A DNA stretch of 64,000 bases. Origin: Candidatus Zhuqueibacterota bacterium. GTDB lineage: Bacteria; Zhuqueibacterota; Zhuqueibacteria; Thermofontimicrobiales; Thermofontimicrobiaceae. The translations under genes were made by a program, and so were the position numbers. The stretch spans positions 104,206-168,205 of the forward strand of contig JBMOPW010000045.1 in assembly GCA_049322915.1 (NCBI GenBank), in the 5' to 3' direction. The notes under the pieces were generated by a model, which searched no databases, had not been told where the DNA came from, and saw only the letters and a list, made by a program, of their open reading frames with translations. Positions 9,813 through 20,544 of this stretch are shown piece by piece (position 1 is the first letter of the stretch; every line of letters begins with the position of its first letter).

Positions 9813-12800
9813 TTATTTTGAAAGTATGAGCTTCATCGATTTTTGGAAATTGCCCGATTTCATTTTGCAGAAATAGACGCCCGAACTGACCAGCCGTCCG
9901 AAATTATCCTGACCATTCCAGGTGACCTGATGATAGCCGGCGCCCTGATTTTCGTCGGCCAGCGTTCGAACCAATCGGCCAGAAATATCATAAATCTGCA
10001 CCGTGACAAATGCAGCCTGGGGCAGACCATAGCTGATCTTCGTCTCGGGATTGAACGGATTGGGATAGTTCTGCAGCAGGTTGAATTCTTTGGGCAGCGC
10101 GCTCAGATTCACGCCGGCCACGCGGGTGGCGCCCGTCAATTGAATGGACCCTGCATCGTCCGAACCATCGCTGCTCAGCACAACCACAGCCGAACCGTAC
10201 AAACCATTCTCTTCATTGGTCAATGTCACAATCAGACTATCGCCAATGTTCCAGTTCTCGGCGAAATTGCTCACGCCGACGTACCAGTAATTTTTGTCAA
10301 TGCCAACGCCGACATGACCCGTGGTCAGCACTTGCCCGGGTCGACTGGAAATCCAGGCGCGCAGCGTCAGTTTTTCAACATCGGGGTGCTGAATCTGTCC
10401 GAAGACGGTGTGCGGAATATTGCCGCCAGCCAGCGATTTGTCAGGCCTGAACCCTGCTCCCTGAACCTGTGGCGCAGAGGCAAGTAGTTCGCCTTCGCCG
10501 TAATCGGGCCAGGTTGTCGGGGCTGTGATGCTGATGGAGTAGGGATAACCAGCCCGCACGGCAAAATTATTGAATGGCAATCCCACCACATGGCCCAGCG
10601 TTCCCTGACCAGCCGCGTCCCACAAATAGACGTCGGTGCAGTTGGGAATGTTCACGCCCAACTGGTCGGCGGTGGTCAGTACCGCTTTGGCCAATGGCAC
10701 GCCGATGCGGTTGATGTCCGTGCCGCTGGTAGTGACCAGATTGAAGCTGACATTGTCGTACGAGCCAGCCACAGTCCAGACAGTATCTTTGGTCACGCTG
10801 ACAGAATAGGCATACCCGGGTTGAACCGCGAAATTATTGAACGGAAGCCCTTTGACATGGCCGACCGTGCCCTGACCGCTGGCGTCCCACCAGTAGACAT
10901 CGGAGCAATAGGGAATGGCCTGCGCCAGGTTTTCGGCAGTGGTGATGGATCGACGCGTGTCCGCGGTGTTCATGATCACGACGATGCGGTTAATATCAGT
11001 GCCGCTTGTGGTGACCAACTGGTAGTCGAATTCGCCAGCCACGCTGGAGGGCGCATATTCCCTCGCGGAAACAGCAGTGACCCGATAGAAATAATTGGTC
11101 GCGACATCGCCGACGACATCGGCGCCATTGCCGGTATCGGTCCATTGAATGCCGGCAGTGCCAGCGTCTTCATCGGTGATGTTCGCCGCAATGCGATTGG
11201 TTCCGGCAGCGACATCCGGGACGAAATCGAATGTGGTACCGCGGTACACATTGTAGGTCGGAATGCCGTCGGATTCGGTCCATTCGAGCAGGACGTCATC
11301 GCTCACAACTGAGGCGCGAAGGTCGGAAATCCCGCCAAAATCAGGCACGACCACCTTGCCCCAGCCGTAGATATTATCGCGCCCGGCCGGTCCGAGGTCG
11401 ACGGTACAGGAAGAATACAGATAATTTTTAACATCGTCACTGGTATACGCCGGGAATCGCGACTGAATCAAGGCGCATACTCCGGCAGTGTATGGAGAAG
11501 AGAGTGACGTTCCCTGCCAGTAACCAAATGCGAAGCTATTGCAGCTATCAGGCGCTGACACATCCGGTTTCAGCGTGCCATTGGTCGTCGGCCCCTGGCC
11601 GCTGAAATACTCCTGGGGTCCGGCCTCGTACGAATCGCGGGCAATCGCGCCAACTGTAACCACTTCCGCCAGCGAGCCCGGATCAGTGACGCTGCTTTCG
11701 ACAACGTGATAGCTCAGTCCGAGGGCCGCGAAAATTGTAAAATCGACATTTACCGTCGCAGAGTATTTATGAACCGCGATTGCATAGCGACCGTCCACCT
11801 CAAGATTCACGTGATAGAGAGATTCAGTCGGTTCTTGCTCCCCGGTTTGTCTCGTCTTTGAACTGGCAGCCACTTCCCAGGTCGAAGAGGAAGAATTCCA
11901 TTTGTACAAATATAAATCATAATCCTGAGAAGTCGTCGGGTAATCATCCCAGTTCATCCAAATCTGAAAGTAATAGAATCTCGGCAGGAGCCAGACATAG
12001 CCAGGTTCCGGGCCGAATGCATTGATCTTCCCGCCGGCGCCAGTGAAGTCGTGATAATTATCCACTGTTGGCGTGAATACCGCCCGATAATGGTCCTCGG
12101 CATGATTCCCTGATGAATTGACCCACGTGATGCCGCTCGCGATAGCCTCGGCAACGATATCGCACGCAGGGCCCGTGCCATCGTAGTAGGATTGCAAAAA
12201 CCAGCTCATGGAGTGATTCACAATTTGAACGCCATTTGCGATACAGGCGTCCTTTGCATTTTCAAGGTCGGTCAGATCATCAATTTTATACAGATAAAAT
12301 TGGGCATGAGGAACAATATCGTAAACAGCCTCAGCCACAGCGGTCCCATGTTCGGTATCTGTTTGCAGCCCTGAACCGGAAAAATCCTGGCTGGTGTAGG
12401 TCGCTGGAATATCGCCGTTGCTCTGGGCGTCGGTTAATTTTTCAAAACCGCCGTCAATGATGGCGACTTTGACTCCGGCGCCCTGATACCCTTCTGCCTG
12501 CCAGGTATCGGCATTCATCAGCGCGATGCCTTCGCTCTGGATGGCGTCAGGAACGGGTTTAACCTGCTCTTTCACCATACCGATCCGCGCCAATTTTTCT
12601 GCAAAATTTTCCAGGCGGGCGATGGGCACCAGCACTCGCATCGAATGGCGGGCTCTTGCCTGAACCACAGCCTGCACCTGACCAAAATCTTGTCCGTCGA
12701 AGACTTCCGTTGTCTTTCCAGCTTTGGGCATGAGCGTCACCACGACTTTATCTCCCTGCACCTTGATGTTTGCCCGGTCGGCATAAGTGCGGTAGTCCTG

Positions 12801-12995
12801 GTTTTGCTGAAAGGTATCTACAAGCTTTTTCAAAGCCGGGGGTAAAATAGATCGGTCCGTATTGCTTTCAATGCTCGTTACGTTCTTGATCTGAAAACTA
12901 TCCATTCTGCCCACTTTCAAATTTTGGGCAAAAATAAAATTTACAATCATGAAACTCAACATTGGTATAAAAAAATTCGTCACCCTTTGATGCAT
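9813..12995 (-). CDS. Secreted S8 (subtilase) serine peptidase with C-terminal modules and FlgD-Ig/T9SS-type domain
   Basis: Catalytic motifs VAIIDGG, HGTAVA, GTSLSSP; NYPNPFNP tail. Confidence 0.88.
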   Translation of the reverse strand: MHQRVTNFFIPMLSFMIVNFIFAQNLKVGRMDSFQIKNVTSIESNTDRSILPPALKKLVDTFQQNQDYRTYADRANIKVQGDKVVVTLMPKAGKTTEVFDGQDFGQVQAVVQARARHSMRVLVPIARLENFAEKLARIGMVKEQVKPVPDAIQSEGIALMNADTWQAEGYQGAGVKVAIIDGGFEKLTDAQSNGDIPATYTSQDFSGSGLQTDTEHGTAVAEAVYDIVPHAQFYLYKIDDLTDLENAKDACIANGVQIVNHSMSWFLQSYYDGTGPACDIVAEAIASGITWVNSSGNHAEDHYRAVFTPTVDNYHDFTGAGGKINAFGPEPGYVWLLPRFYYFQIWMNWDDYPTTSQDYDLYLYKWNSSSSTWEVAASSKTRQTGEQEPTESLYHVNLEVDGRYAIAVHKYSATVNVDFTIFAALGLSYHVVESSVTDPGSLAEVVTVGAIARDSYEAGPQEYFSGQGPTTNGTLKPDVSAPDSCNSFAFGYWQGTSLSSPYTAGVCALIQSRFPAYTSDDVKNYLYSSCTVDLGPAGRDNIYGWGKVVVPDFGGISDLRASVVSDDVLLEWTESDGIPTYNVYRGTTFDFVPDVAAGTNRIAANITDEDAGTAGIQWTDTGNGADVVGDVATNYFYRVTAVSAREYAPSSVAGEFDYQLVTTSGTDINRIVVIMNTADTRRSITTAENLAQAIPYCSDVYWWDASGQGTVGHVKGLPFNNFAVQPGYAYSVSVTKDTVWTVAGSYDNVSFNLVTTSGTDINRIGVPLAKAVLTTADQLGVNIPNCTDVYLWDAAGQGTLGHVVGLPFNNFAVRAGYPYSISITAPTTWPDYGEGELLASAPQVQGAGFRPDKSLAGGNIPHTVFGQIQHPDVEKLTLRAWISSRPGQVLTTGHVGVGIDKNYWYVGVSNFAENWNIGDSLIVTLTNEENGLYGSAVVVLSSDGSDDAGSIQLTGATRVAGVNLSALPKEFNLLQNYPNPFNPETKISYGLPQAAFVTVQIYDISGRLVRTLADENQGAGYHQVTWNGQDNFGRLVSSGVYFCKMKSGNFQKSMKLILSK
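9826..11258. repeat. Copy 1 of a 1433-bp near-identical duplication
   Basis: Matches 13366-14798 at constant offset 3540; about 40 mismatches counted by eye. Confidence 0.95.
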
Positions 12996-13256
12996 ATTTT
13001 CCTCCGAGTTGTGGACGGTATGAACTGCTCCAGGTCGTTTCCATGAATTAGGTCATTTGGAGGATGGAGCCAGTCACATCGACCGTGCGCGTCTGAATGG
13101 TTCAATTCATAACAGGAAAAATTACCGGCAAATATTAATAAATGCTGAAATAAAAATTGCTATTATTTAACTAAATGACTGAGGACAGATTCAAAAAACC
13201 GACCCGATAAGAAATGCTCGTTCGTGGAAATTCTGCCTTACTATTTTTGAATTAAA

Positions 13257-13286
13257 AAGGCAGGCCCGGTACAGGGCACTGCCTTA
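13257..13286 (-). terminator. Probable intrinsic terminator
   Basis: AAGGCAG...CTGCCTT hairpin with adjacent A-tract (U-tract on minus strand). Confidence 0.5.
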
Positions 13287-13352
13287 TCGTGTCGAAAAAA
13301 CTTTTCCTCACAAGGTCATGTCGACTTACTTTTCGTCAACATTCCCTTTCGA

Positions 13353-16300
13353 TCATTTGGCAAAAATGAGCTTCATCGATTTTTGGAAATTGCCCGATTT
13401 CATTTTGCAGAAATAGACGCCCGAACTGACCAGCCGTCCGAAATTATCCTGACCATTCCAGGTGACCTGGTGATAGCCGGCGCCCTGATTTTCGTCGGCC
13501 AGCGTTCGAACCAATCGGCCCGAAATATCATAAATCTGAACCGTGACAAATGCAGTCTGGGGCAGACCATAGCTGATCTTCGTCTCGGGATTGAACGGAT
13601 TGGGATAGTTCTGCAGCAGGTTGAATTCTTTGGGCAGCTCGCTCAGATTCACGCCAGCCACGCGGGTGGCGCCGGTCAATTGAATGGACCCTGCATCGTC
13701 CGAACCATCGCTGCTCAGCACAACCACAGCCGAACCGTACAAACCATTCTCTTCATCGGTCAATGTCACAATCAGACTATCGCCAATGTTCCAGTTCGCG
13801 GCGAAATTGCTCACGCCGACGTACCAGTAATTTTTGTCAATGCCAACGCCGACTTGACCTGTGGTCAGCACTTGCCCGGGTCGACTGGAAATCCAGGCGC
13901 GCAGCGTCAGTTTTTCAACATCGGGGTGCTGAATCTGTCCGAAGACGGTGTGCGGAATATTGCCGCCAGCCAGCGATTTGTCAGGCCTGAACCCTGCTCC
14001 CTGAACCTGTGGCGCAGAGGCAAGTAGTTCGCCTTCGCCGTAATCGGGCCAGGTTGTCGGGGCTGTGATGCTGATGGAGTAGGGATAACCAGCCCGCACG
14101 GCAAAATTATTGAATGGCAATCCCACCACATGGCCCAGCGTTCCCTGACCAGCCGCGTCCCACAAATAGACGTCGGTGCAGTTGGGAATGTTCACGCCCA
14201 ACTGGTCGGCGGTGGTCAGTACCGCTTTGGCCAATGGCACGCCGATGCGGTTGATGTCCGTGCCGCTGGTAGTGACCAGATTGAAGCTGACATTGTCGTA
14301 CGAGCCAGCCACAGTCCAGACAGTATCTTTGGTCACGCTGACAGAATAGGCATACCCGGGTTGAACCGCAAAATTATTGAACGGCAGCCCTTTGACATGG
14401 CCGACCGTGCCCTGACCGCTGGCGTCCCACCAGTAAACATCGGAGCAATAGGGAATGGCCTGCGCCAGGTTTTCGGCAGTGGCGATGGATCGGCGCGTGT
14501 CCGCGGTGTTCATGATCAAAACGATGCGGTTGATATCGGTGCCGCTTGTGGTGACCAACTGGTAGTCGAATTCGCCTGCCACGTTGGAGGGTTCAAATTC
14601 TTCGCCGGAGACGGCTGTGACTTTGTAGAAGTAGTTCGTAGCGACATCGCCGACGACATTGGCGCCATTGCCGGTATCGGTCCATTGAATGCCGGCCGTG
14701 CCAGCGTCTTCATCGGTGATGTTCGCCGCAATGCGATTGGTTCCGGCAGCGACATCCGGGACGAAATCGAATGTGGTACCGCGGTACACATTGTAGGTGG
14801 TGATTCCTTCGGCAGCGCTCCATTCCAGTAAAATATTCTCTGTCATATTGGATGCGCGAAGGTCCGTGATGCTGACACCGACTTTGGTGAAATTAGCTGT
14901 CACGGTCTCATTGGAATTCATTGTGACTGTGGTCTCATCGTCATTGGCATCAGCGACATTCCCTGACCAGTTTTGAAATTCATAACCGGGATTCGCTGTG
15001 GCATTTATATCGACGATGGTTCCTGCGTCATAAGGATGGTCTCCGGGAGTTGGCGCAGTGGTTCCGCCCGCAACCGGATTGGCAACCATTGTAAGCGTGT
15101 AGACGATCTGCGAAATGGTGAACACAGCGTCGCTCTGATCCGCTGGCGTGCCGTCGGTGTCCGATACTTTCACGAGACATGTCGCTGACGGCGCATTGGG
15201 AATTGTCCAGTCGAACGAGCCGTCGTCCGTTGTCGAAGCAGTGACATCGGCCCAGTTAGCGCCGTTGTCCGTGCTGTATTCGATGTGCACGTTGCCACTG
15301 GTTTTATTCGAAGTCCAGGTGATGGCATGGCTGGAACCGACTTCCCAGTCTTCTGCGCCATTGGGCGCGGTGACGGTGATGAACGGCGTCTGCGAAATAG
15401 TGAAAACTGCGTCGCTCTGATCCGTGGGCGTGCCGTCGGTGTCCGATACTTTCACGAGACAATTTGCCGATGGCGCATTGGGAATTGTCCAGTCAAAGGA
15501 GCCATCGTCGGTTGTGGACGCAGTGACGTCAGCCCAGTTAGAGCCGCTGTCGGTGCTGTATTCGATGTGCACTGTGCCGCTGGTACTTTCTGACGTCCAG
15601 GTGATGGATTGACTGGTCCCGACTTCCCAGTCTTCTGCGCCATTCGGTGCGGTCACGGTTATTGATGCTACTTCTGATATTGTGAACGTTGCATCACTCT
15701 CGTCTGATGGATCGCTATCCGTGTCAGTCACGCGCACGAGGCAGAGGGTCGATGGCGCATTGGGCACCGTCCAGGTATAGCTGCCGTCGTCCGTTGTTGA
15801 AGCTACAACGTCAGCCCAGTTGGAGCCGTTGTCCGTGCTGTATTCGATGTGCACCGTGCCGCTGGTTTCATCGGAACTCCATGTAATATCGTGACTGCTG
15901 CCAATCTGCCAGTCTTCGCCACCGTTGGGCGAAGTCACTGCAATGCTCTCGCCGCCAGCGGCTTCGGTGATGGTCAGAATTTGATCGACCGCAACATTGG
16001 TCAGAGTCTGAATAATACCGGACGGCCACTCCACTTTTATTTCACTGATGGTCGTTGCATTACCCAAACCGAAGTGCGCTTGAAGGCTATTGTGACTTGC
16101 GTAGCCTGTCTCAGTATTGATATCGCGCAACTGCCAGACTACGGAAGAGTTGATCGTGGCTTTCACTTTCACTTTGGCGCCGATGCCTGCTTTGTTGGAA
16201 ACAGTGCCGGCGCAATTGATGGTGATCCAGTGGTTGGTGTTGCCCAAATTGGGGCTGTTGTTTTCGTAGAGCATGTTAGCGCCGTAACGAGAGGTTACCA

Positions 16301-17474
16301 TGTCTAAAAATCCATCGTTGTTGTAATCGGCAAAGGCGACACCGTACACAAATGTGGAATCAGTGGCCCCACTGGTTGTGTTCGAAGAGAATGTGCCATC
16401 GCCATTATTGATGTACAAATAGCTGGAAGCGGTCGTCGGATCGCCAACGGATCCCACAAACATATCCAGATCCCCGTCGTTATCAACGTCGCCCCAGGCG
16501 CTGCCCGTGGAGAATGCTAAATCTGTAACGATTGGCCCGGCTGTTGTATTTCGTGTGAATGTACCATCGCCATTATTCTGGTACAGGAAATTGGCTTCGG
16601 GTGCTGACTCTGATTCCCCATAATTGGTGAAATACAGGTCCATATCGCCGTCATTATCGTAATCGCCCCAGCTACATGCCTGTGTGTCGCCTTCATCAAA
16701 AATATCCAGCTTGGTGAAAACAGCGCCACCATCGTTTCGCCACAAAAAATTGTTGGGCCCACTGCCACCGGCGACGGCAAGATCGATATCACCATCATCA
16801 TCAAAATCGGTCCAACTGGAGCTGCCGATGAATGTTGCTCCGGCGGCGCCAACAATATCTGCACTGGTGATTTTCGTGAAGGTTTTATTTCCGTTGTTTT
16901 GATAGAGGGAGTTATTCTGTTTAGCCCACCAGCCGTTATGAACATAGAGGTCGATATATCCATCATTATTATAATCACCCCAGGCGCAGGTTGCTGAAAA
17001 TTCAGCATCTGTTACAGGGGGCCCGGCTGTGAGATTCTTCGTGAAGGATTCGTCCCCATTATTTTCGTACAGGAAATTCTGCCGCTGCAAATCAAAGGGA
17101 TTCCCCGTATTGGTGGTCACATACAGGTCCAGGTCGTTGTCATTGTCAAAATCGCCCCAGGCGCATCCGCCGGAAGTGAACTGATCCGTGACAATAGCCC
17201 CGGTGGTAATTTTCTCAAAACTGCCGTTCCCGAGGTTTTTGAACAGAAAGTTCACCTGTTTGGCTTGTTCTTCCCCGTTGGTAATGTACAGGTCCTGAAA
17301 CCCATCCTTGTTATAGTCGCCCCAGGCGATTGCTTTTGATGAGCCATCCACAGGTCCGAACGGCTTTTTTTCGATGAAAAGACTTTGCGCGTGGACGATT
17401 GATGCGAATGACAATAATACCACGACCAGCAAAATCAATTGTAACTTTGGTAAATGAAGACTTCTCATTTTCAT
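13353..17474 (-). CDS. Large secreted FG-GAP/VCBS repeat + ASPIC/UnbV (CRTAC1-like) protein with Ig-like repeats and FlgD-Ig/T9SS-type domain
   Basis: Repeated WGDxDNDGDxDLY motifs; SN..GIGAKV..HFGLG..WPSG; three ITVTxPNGxExW repeats; NYPNPFNP tail. Confidence 0.88.
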   Translation of the reverse strand: MKMRSLHLPKLQLILLVVVLLSFASIVHAQSLFIEKKPFGPVDGSSKAIAWGDYNKDGFQDLYITNGEEQAKQVNFLFKNLGNGSFEKITTGAIVTDQFTSGGCAWGDFDNDNDLDLYVTTNTGNPFDLQRQNFLYENNGDESFTKNLTAGPPVTDAEFSATCAWGDYNNDGYIDLYVHNGWWAKQNNSLYQNNGNKTFTKITSADIVGAAGATFIGSSSWTDFDDDGDIDLAVAGGSGPNNFLWRNDGGAVFTKLDIFDEGDTQACSWGDYDNDGDMDLYFTNYGESESAPEANFLYQNNGDGTFTRNTTAGPIVTDLAFSTGSAWGDVDNDGDLDMFVGSVGDPTTASSYLYINNGDGTFSSNTTSGATDSTFVYGVAFADYNNDGFLDMVTSRYGANMLYENNSPNLGNTNHWITINCAGTVSNKAGIGAKVKVKATINSSVVWQLRDINTETGYASHNSLQAHFGLGNATTISEIKVEWPSGIIQTLTNVAVDQILTITEAAGGESIAVTSPNGGEDWQIGSSHDITWSSDETSGTVHIEYSTDNGSNWADVVASTTDDGSYTWTVPNAPSTLCLVRVTDTDSDPSDESDATFTISEVASITVTAPNGAEDWEVGTSQSITWTSESTSGTVHIEYSTDSGSNWADVTASTTDDGSFDWTIPNAPSANCLVKVSDTDGTPTDQSDAVFTISQTPFITVTAPNGAEDWEVGSSHAITWTSNKTSGNVHIEYSTDNGANWADVTASTTDDGSFDWTIPNAPSATCLVKVSDTDGTPADQSDAVFTISQIVYTLTMVANPVAGGTTAPTPGDHPYDAGTIVDINATANPGYEFQNWSGNVADANDDETTVTMNSNETVTANFTKVGVSITDLRASNMTENILLEWSAAEGITTYNVYRGTTFDFVPDVAAGTNRIAANITDEDAGTAGIQWTDTGNGANVVGDVATNYFYKVTAVSGEEFEPSNVAGEFDYQLVTTSGTDINRIVLIMNTADTRRSIATAENLAQAIPYCSDVYWWDASGQGTVGHVKGLPFNNFAVQPGYAYSVSVTKDTVWTVAGSYDNVSFNLVTTSGTDINRIGVPLAKAVLTTADQLGVNIPNCTDVYLWDAAGQGTLGHVVGLPFNNFAVRAGYPYSISITAPTTWPDYGEGELLASAPQVQGAGFRPDKSLAGGNIPHTVFGQIQHPDVEKLTLRAWISSRPGQVLTTGQVGVGIDKNYWYVGVSNFAANWNIGDSLIVTLTDEENGLYGSAVVVLSSDGSDDAGSIQLTGATRVAGVNLSELPKEFNLLQNYPNPFNPETKISYGLPQTAFVTVQIYDISGRLVRTLADENQGAGYHQVTWNGQDNFGRLVSSGVYFCKMKSGNFQKSMKLIFAK
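13366..14798. repeat. Copy 2 of the 1433-bp duplication
   Basis: Matches 9826-11258. Confidence 0.95.
15110..15950 (-). repeat. Three tandem ~282-bp intragenic repeats encoding 94-aa Ig-like domains
   Basis: GTCGCTCTGATCCG recurs at 15129 and 15411 (period 282); third copy more diverged. Confidence 0.85.
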
Positions 17475-18204
17475 GTCCCTTTCATGACAATTAAGTGAGG
17501 TGAGTTATCGATCTGGGCCGTTCATCGCTATCAGGACGCTGGCAATACGTTTTCATGTGTCGTACTTCAGACACAACAAAATAGCCAGAGTCCGCGTCAG
17601 GCGAAATGAACAAGAATATGCCGATCGACGATTTCTGAGCCAGAAGGTCGCCGGCAGAAATTCAACACCTACATCACAGAACCTGGCAGGGCACTCAAGG
17701 GGATTCTGAATGCGACCGCTATGGGATGCGAGCGAGGTGGTCAACTGCCTGACTTGTCCCGATGGTCGGCCAGTCATTAAATTCTATGCATTGTTATTCT
17801 CTCAGCGATTAAATCAGCTTTTTCTATTATCCGAAAATGAGGTAATACAAATCCGGGGAAAACTAACTTTGTGTAACAATTGTAATACCTCCAAAGCAGT
17901 ATCATTCCGTAAAATTTAGAAATGTATTTGAGAAATTTTTTACTAATTGGCTGCTAATTGAGGGGTGGAAAATCATATCTACTCAATGGGAGCGGAGCGT
18001 GAGAGACGGGGTGATGTCGATTGTCCGTTCGATGGCTTTTGCCGGGTGAAAATATTATTGGATGAAATGGAGGATGTCATAGTGTTGGAAAATGCACGCG
18101 AACGCCTGTCGCAAAGTTAGCGCCGGCTGCACTAACTTTGCGAGCGTCGAGTTGTGAAGGTCCTCGATAAAAGCGAGGTCAATATTCAGTAATTTTTTGG
18201 GAAA

Positions 18205-19254
18205 TCAGGGGAATTTTATCTCGATGCCAAATCGGGGCTTGCCCCTGAGTTTCAGTTTGAACGGATCCACATCGCGGGCGACGGCATCGCCGATCTGATA
18301 GCCTGAATCAAGCGCCTGTGCGAATTCCAGGCTGTAGCCCACGAAGAGATGCAGGTCAATGAAGTCCAGCGGTATGCCGGCGCCGATGGCCAAAATCGGC
18401 TCGATGGTCTGCGAAATGCGCAGACCGCCGGACAGATGAAACGAAGTCGCCATTGTTTTGGCTTTTGTATCGACCGCTTTGAAATGGTAGTTGAATACGC
18501 CGAACGAAGCCAGATCGCCCTTGGGCTTGGGGCGAACCACAATCGTGCCGCTATCAATGATGAAATCCACGTCGTTGACGCTGGTGATCGCGGTTGCAAT
18601 GCCATAGCTCCATCTTTCGAGCGACGTGTTATCAAATGTCGCTTTGGCCAAAAACCTGTCGTCGTAGAAATCTTTTTTCACGATGACGGAGATATCGCAA
18701 TTCTTGTGGAATGTCTTTGGGACTTCATATTTTCGAATATCCAGCCATGTCGTGTATTGGCTTTCTGTCTGGATTTTCAGGCCTGAAAAGATAGGGAAGA
18801 GGGAGATGAAGTTGATTAAATTCTCCTCAAAATAGGACGACTTCCGCGTGACCACGGTGGATAGATAGGACTCTTTCAATTGATCCCGCGAAATGAAAAT
18901 GTAGTACAGCGAGTCTGCGCCCAGCCCGTAGAGGCGCGTGTCGTGAAAATGAGAATCCCCGTGAATCATTCCAATCGGTGATTCCGACGGTGTGAAATTC
19001 GCCACCACGATGTAGTAGTTATTTTTCTTGAGCTGAAATCCGGATAGTTCAATCAGTTTTTTCAGACTATCCGAAGCCCACTCGGTGTACCCGTCGCGAT
19101 AAAATCGCCAGGCTTTGCCAAACAGATCCTGAGAATCATCGACGATGAACGGAGAGTTATTAACCGGCCGGGGGACCAGGATCATCTGATCCTGGGAGAA
19201 AGACAGATGACTCACGAGAAAAAGGATGACCAGAATAAAGTGACGTTTTTTCAT
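18205..19254 (-). CDS. Exported hypothetical protein, possible beta-barrel-like C-terminal half
   Basis: Signal peptide MKKRHFILVILFL; amphipathic beta-strand pattern ending GIEIKFP. Confidence 0.65.
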   Translation of the reverse strand: MKKRHFILVILFLVSHLSFSQDQMILVPRPVNNSPFIVDDSQDLFGKAWRFYRDGYTEWASDSLKKLIELSGFQLKKNNYYIVVANFTPSESPIGMIHGDSHFHDTRLYGLGADSLYYIFISRDQLKESYLSTVVTRKSSYFEENLINFISLFPIFSGLKIQTESQYTTWLDIRKYEVPKTFHKNCDISVIVKKDFYDDRFLAKATFDNTSLERWSYGIATAITSVNDVDFIIDSGTIVVRPKPKGDLASFGVFNYHFKAVDTKAKTMATSFHLSGGLRISQTIEPILAIGAGIPLDFIDLHLFVGYSLEFAQALDSGYQIGDAVARDVDPFKLKLRGKPRFGIEIKFP

Positions 19255-19774
19255 TTTTGAGCCCTCATGTTATTATGGTGTTCAGGAACAGTATTTGAAA
19301 TATATAGTGAAAGCGTTTCCGGCAATGGGCGGGTACTTTTGAATCAGCCCGGACAATTCACTCGCCCGAACGGGCGCGGCTATTTTCTGCGATGAAAAAA
19401 AGTTCAGCAGATGACGAAAAGGGGATTTGCGCACCATTCGAATTGCAATACGCCAGACCAGACATGCTTCACTCGACTTCAATGTGTCGGTAATGTGTCC
19501 TATTTTACTATAATCTCATTAAAATTGCAAGATAATATTTCAGCTCTCTGAAAATAATTGTAACTGATTCGTCATTTAAAGTATCCAAAGATTGCCGACC
19601 GATCGTTCGGGATATTCATCCCAAACATTGCGGCTGTTCCGGGACATACGTCGCAGGCATTACACTTGCTGGATGTGTGTCCAGCAAGGGCAGGAAATAG
19701 TATTTCAGTACTTCATTCCCCCAAAAAAAAATTTCAAACAATTGAAACAAATTCAATTTTACATCGTTTCATCG

Positions 19775-19791
19775 AATGACTTTCGGTCATT
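19775..19791. promoter_or_regulatory. Candidate TetR operator
   Basis: Palindrome AATGAC-TTTCG-GTCATT about 58 bp upstream of the tetR start. Confidence 0.6.
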
Positions 19792-19848
19792 TTATTGATG
19801 AATATCAATTGAATTAAAATTAATTTAATACATTTATAGAGGACAATC

Positions 19849-20496
19849 ATGGGAATAACGGAGCGGAAGGAACGAGAAAAAGAACAGCGATACAACGACA
19901 TTGTTGATGCGGCTGAGCGCGTATTTTTCAGCAAAGGCCGGCATCTGGCAACGATGGATGATGTCGCTAAAGAAGCTGAATTAAGCAAAGGCACGCTTTA
20001 TTTATATTTTAAAAATAAAGAAGATTTGTATCTGGCGATCAATTTGCGGGGTTTCAAAATTCTTCGGGAAAAGTTCGAACGGGCGGCTGCCACCGAAGAA
20101 ATTGGTCTCAAAAAAACGAAAGCCATTGGTCAAGCGTATTATCAATTTTATTCAGAATATCCCAAGTATTTTGAAGCACTCATCTATTTTGAATCCCATG
20201 ATATGACGTTACAGGATGAAAGTAGCATTGCCGCGACTTGTGCAGAAGAAGGTCATAACGCGCTGGAAATTCTGATCGATGCGCTGAAGACTGGAATTGC
20301 CGATGGCTCAATCCGCCCGGATATCGATCCGGTTCATACTGCAATTATTCTCTGGGGCCAATCTTCCGGCATTATCCAATTGCTTTCATTGAAAGGGGAG
20401 CATCTGAGTAAGCTTCATAAAATTACTTTATCGGAAATAATGGAAGACTTTTATGGGCTGATTTATTACTCTCTTAAAATCAATAGCGTTCAGTAA
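19849..20496 (+). CDS. TetR/AcrR family transcriptional regulator
   Basis: ATMDDVAKEAELSKGTLYLYFKNKEDL helix-turn-helix. Confidence 0.93.
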   Translation: MGITERKEREKEQRYNDIVDAAERVFFSKGRHLATMDDVAKEAELSKGTLYLYFKNKEDLYLAINLRGFKILREKFERAAATEEIGLKKTKAIGQAYYQFYSEYPKYFEALIYFESHDMTLQDESSIAATCAEEGHNALEILIDALKTGIADGSIRPDIDPVHTAIILWGQSSGIIQLLSLKGEHLSKLHKITLSEIMEDFYGLIYYSLKINSVQ

Positions 20497-20544
20497 AACA
20501 TACACAAGAATCAATGTTTCTTAAATCCAATAAGGAGAAATAAA

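Noticed and set aside
9826..14798. Diversity-generating retroelement TR/VR pair
   Set aside because: Far longer than a typical TR/VR, mismatches are not adenine-specific, and there is no reverse transcriptase in the window
17475..18204. c-di-GMP riboswitch or ncRNA in the long intergenic region, including the hairpin near 18109-18143
   Set aside because: No GEMM motifs recognised; the hairpin lacks a U-tract and has no second copy in the window
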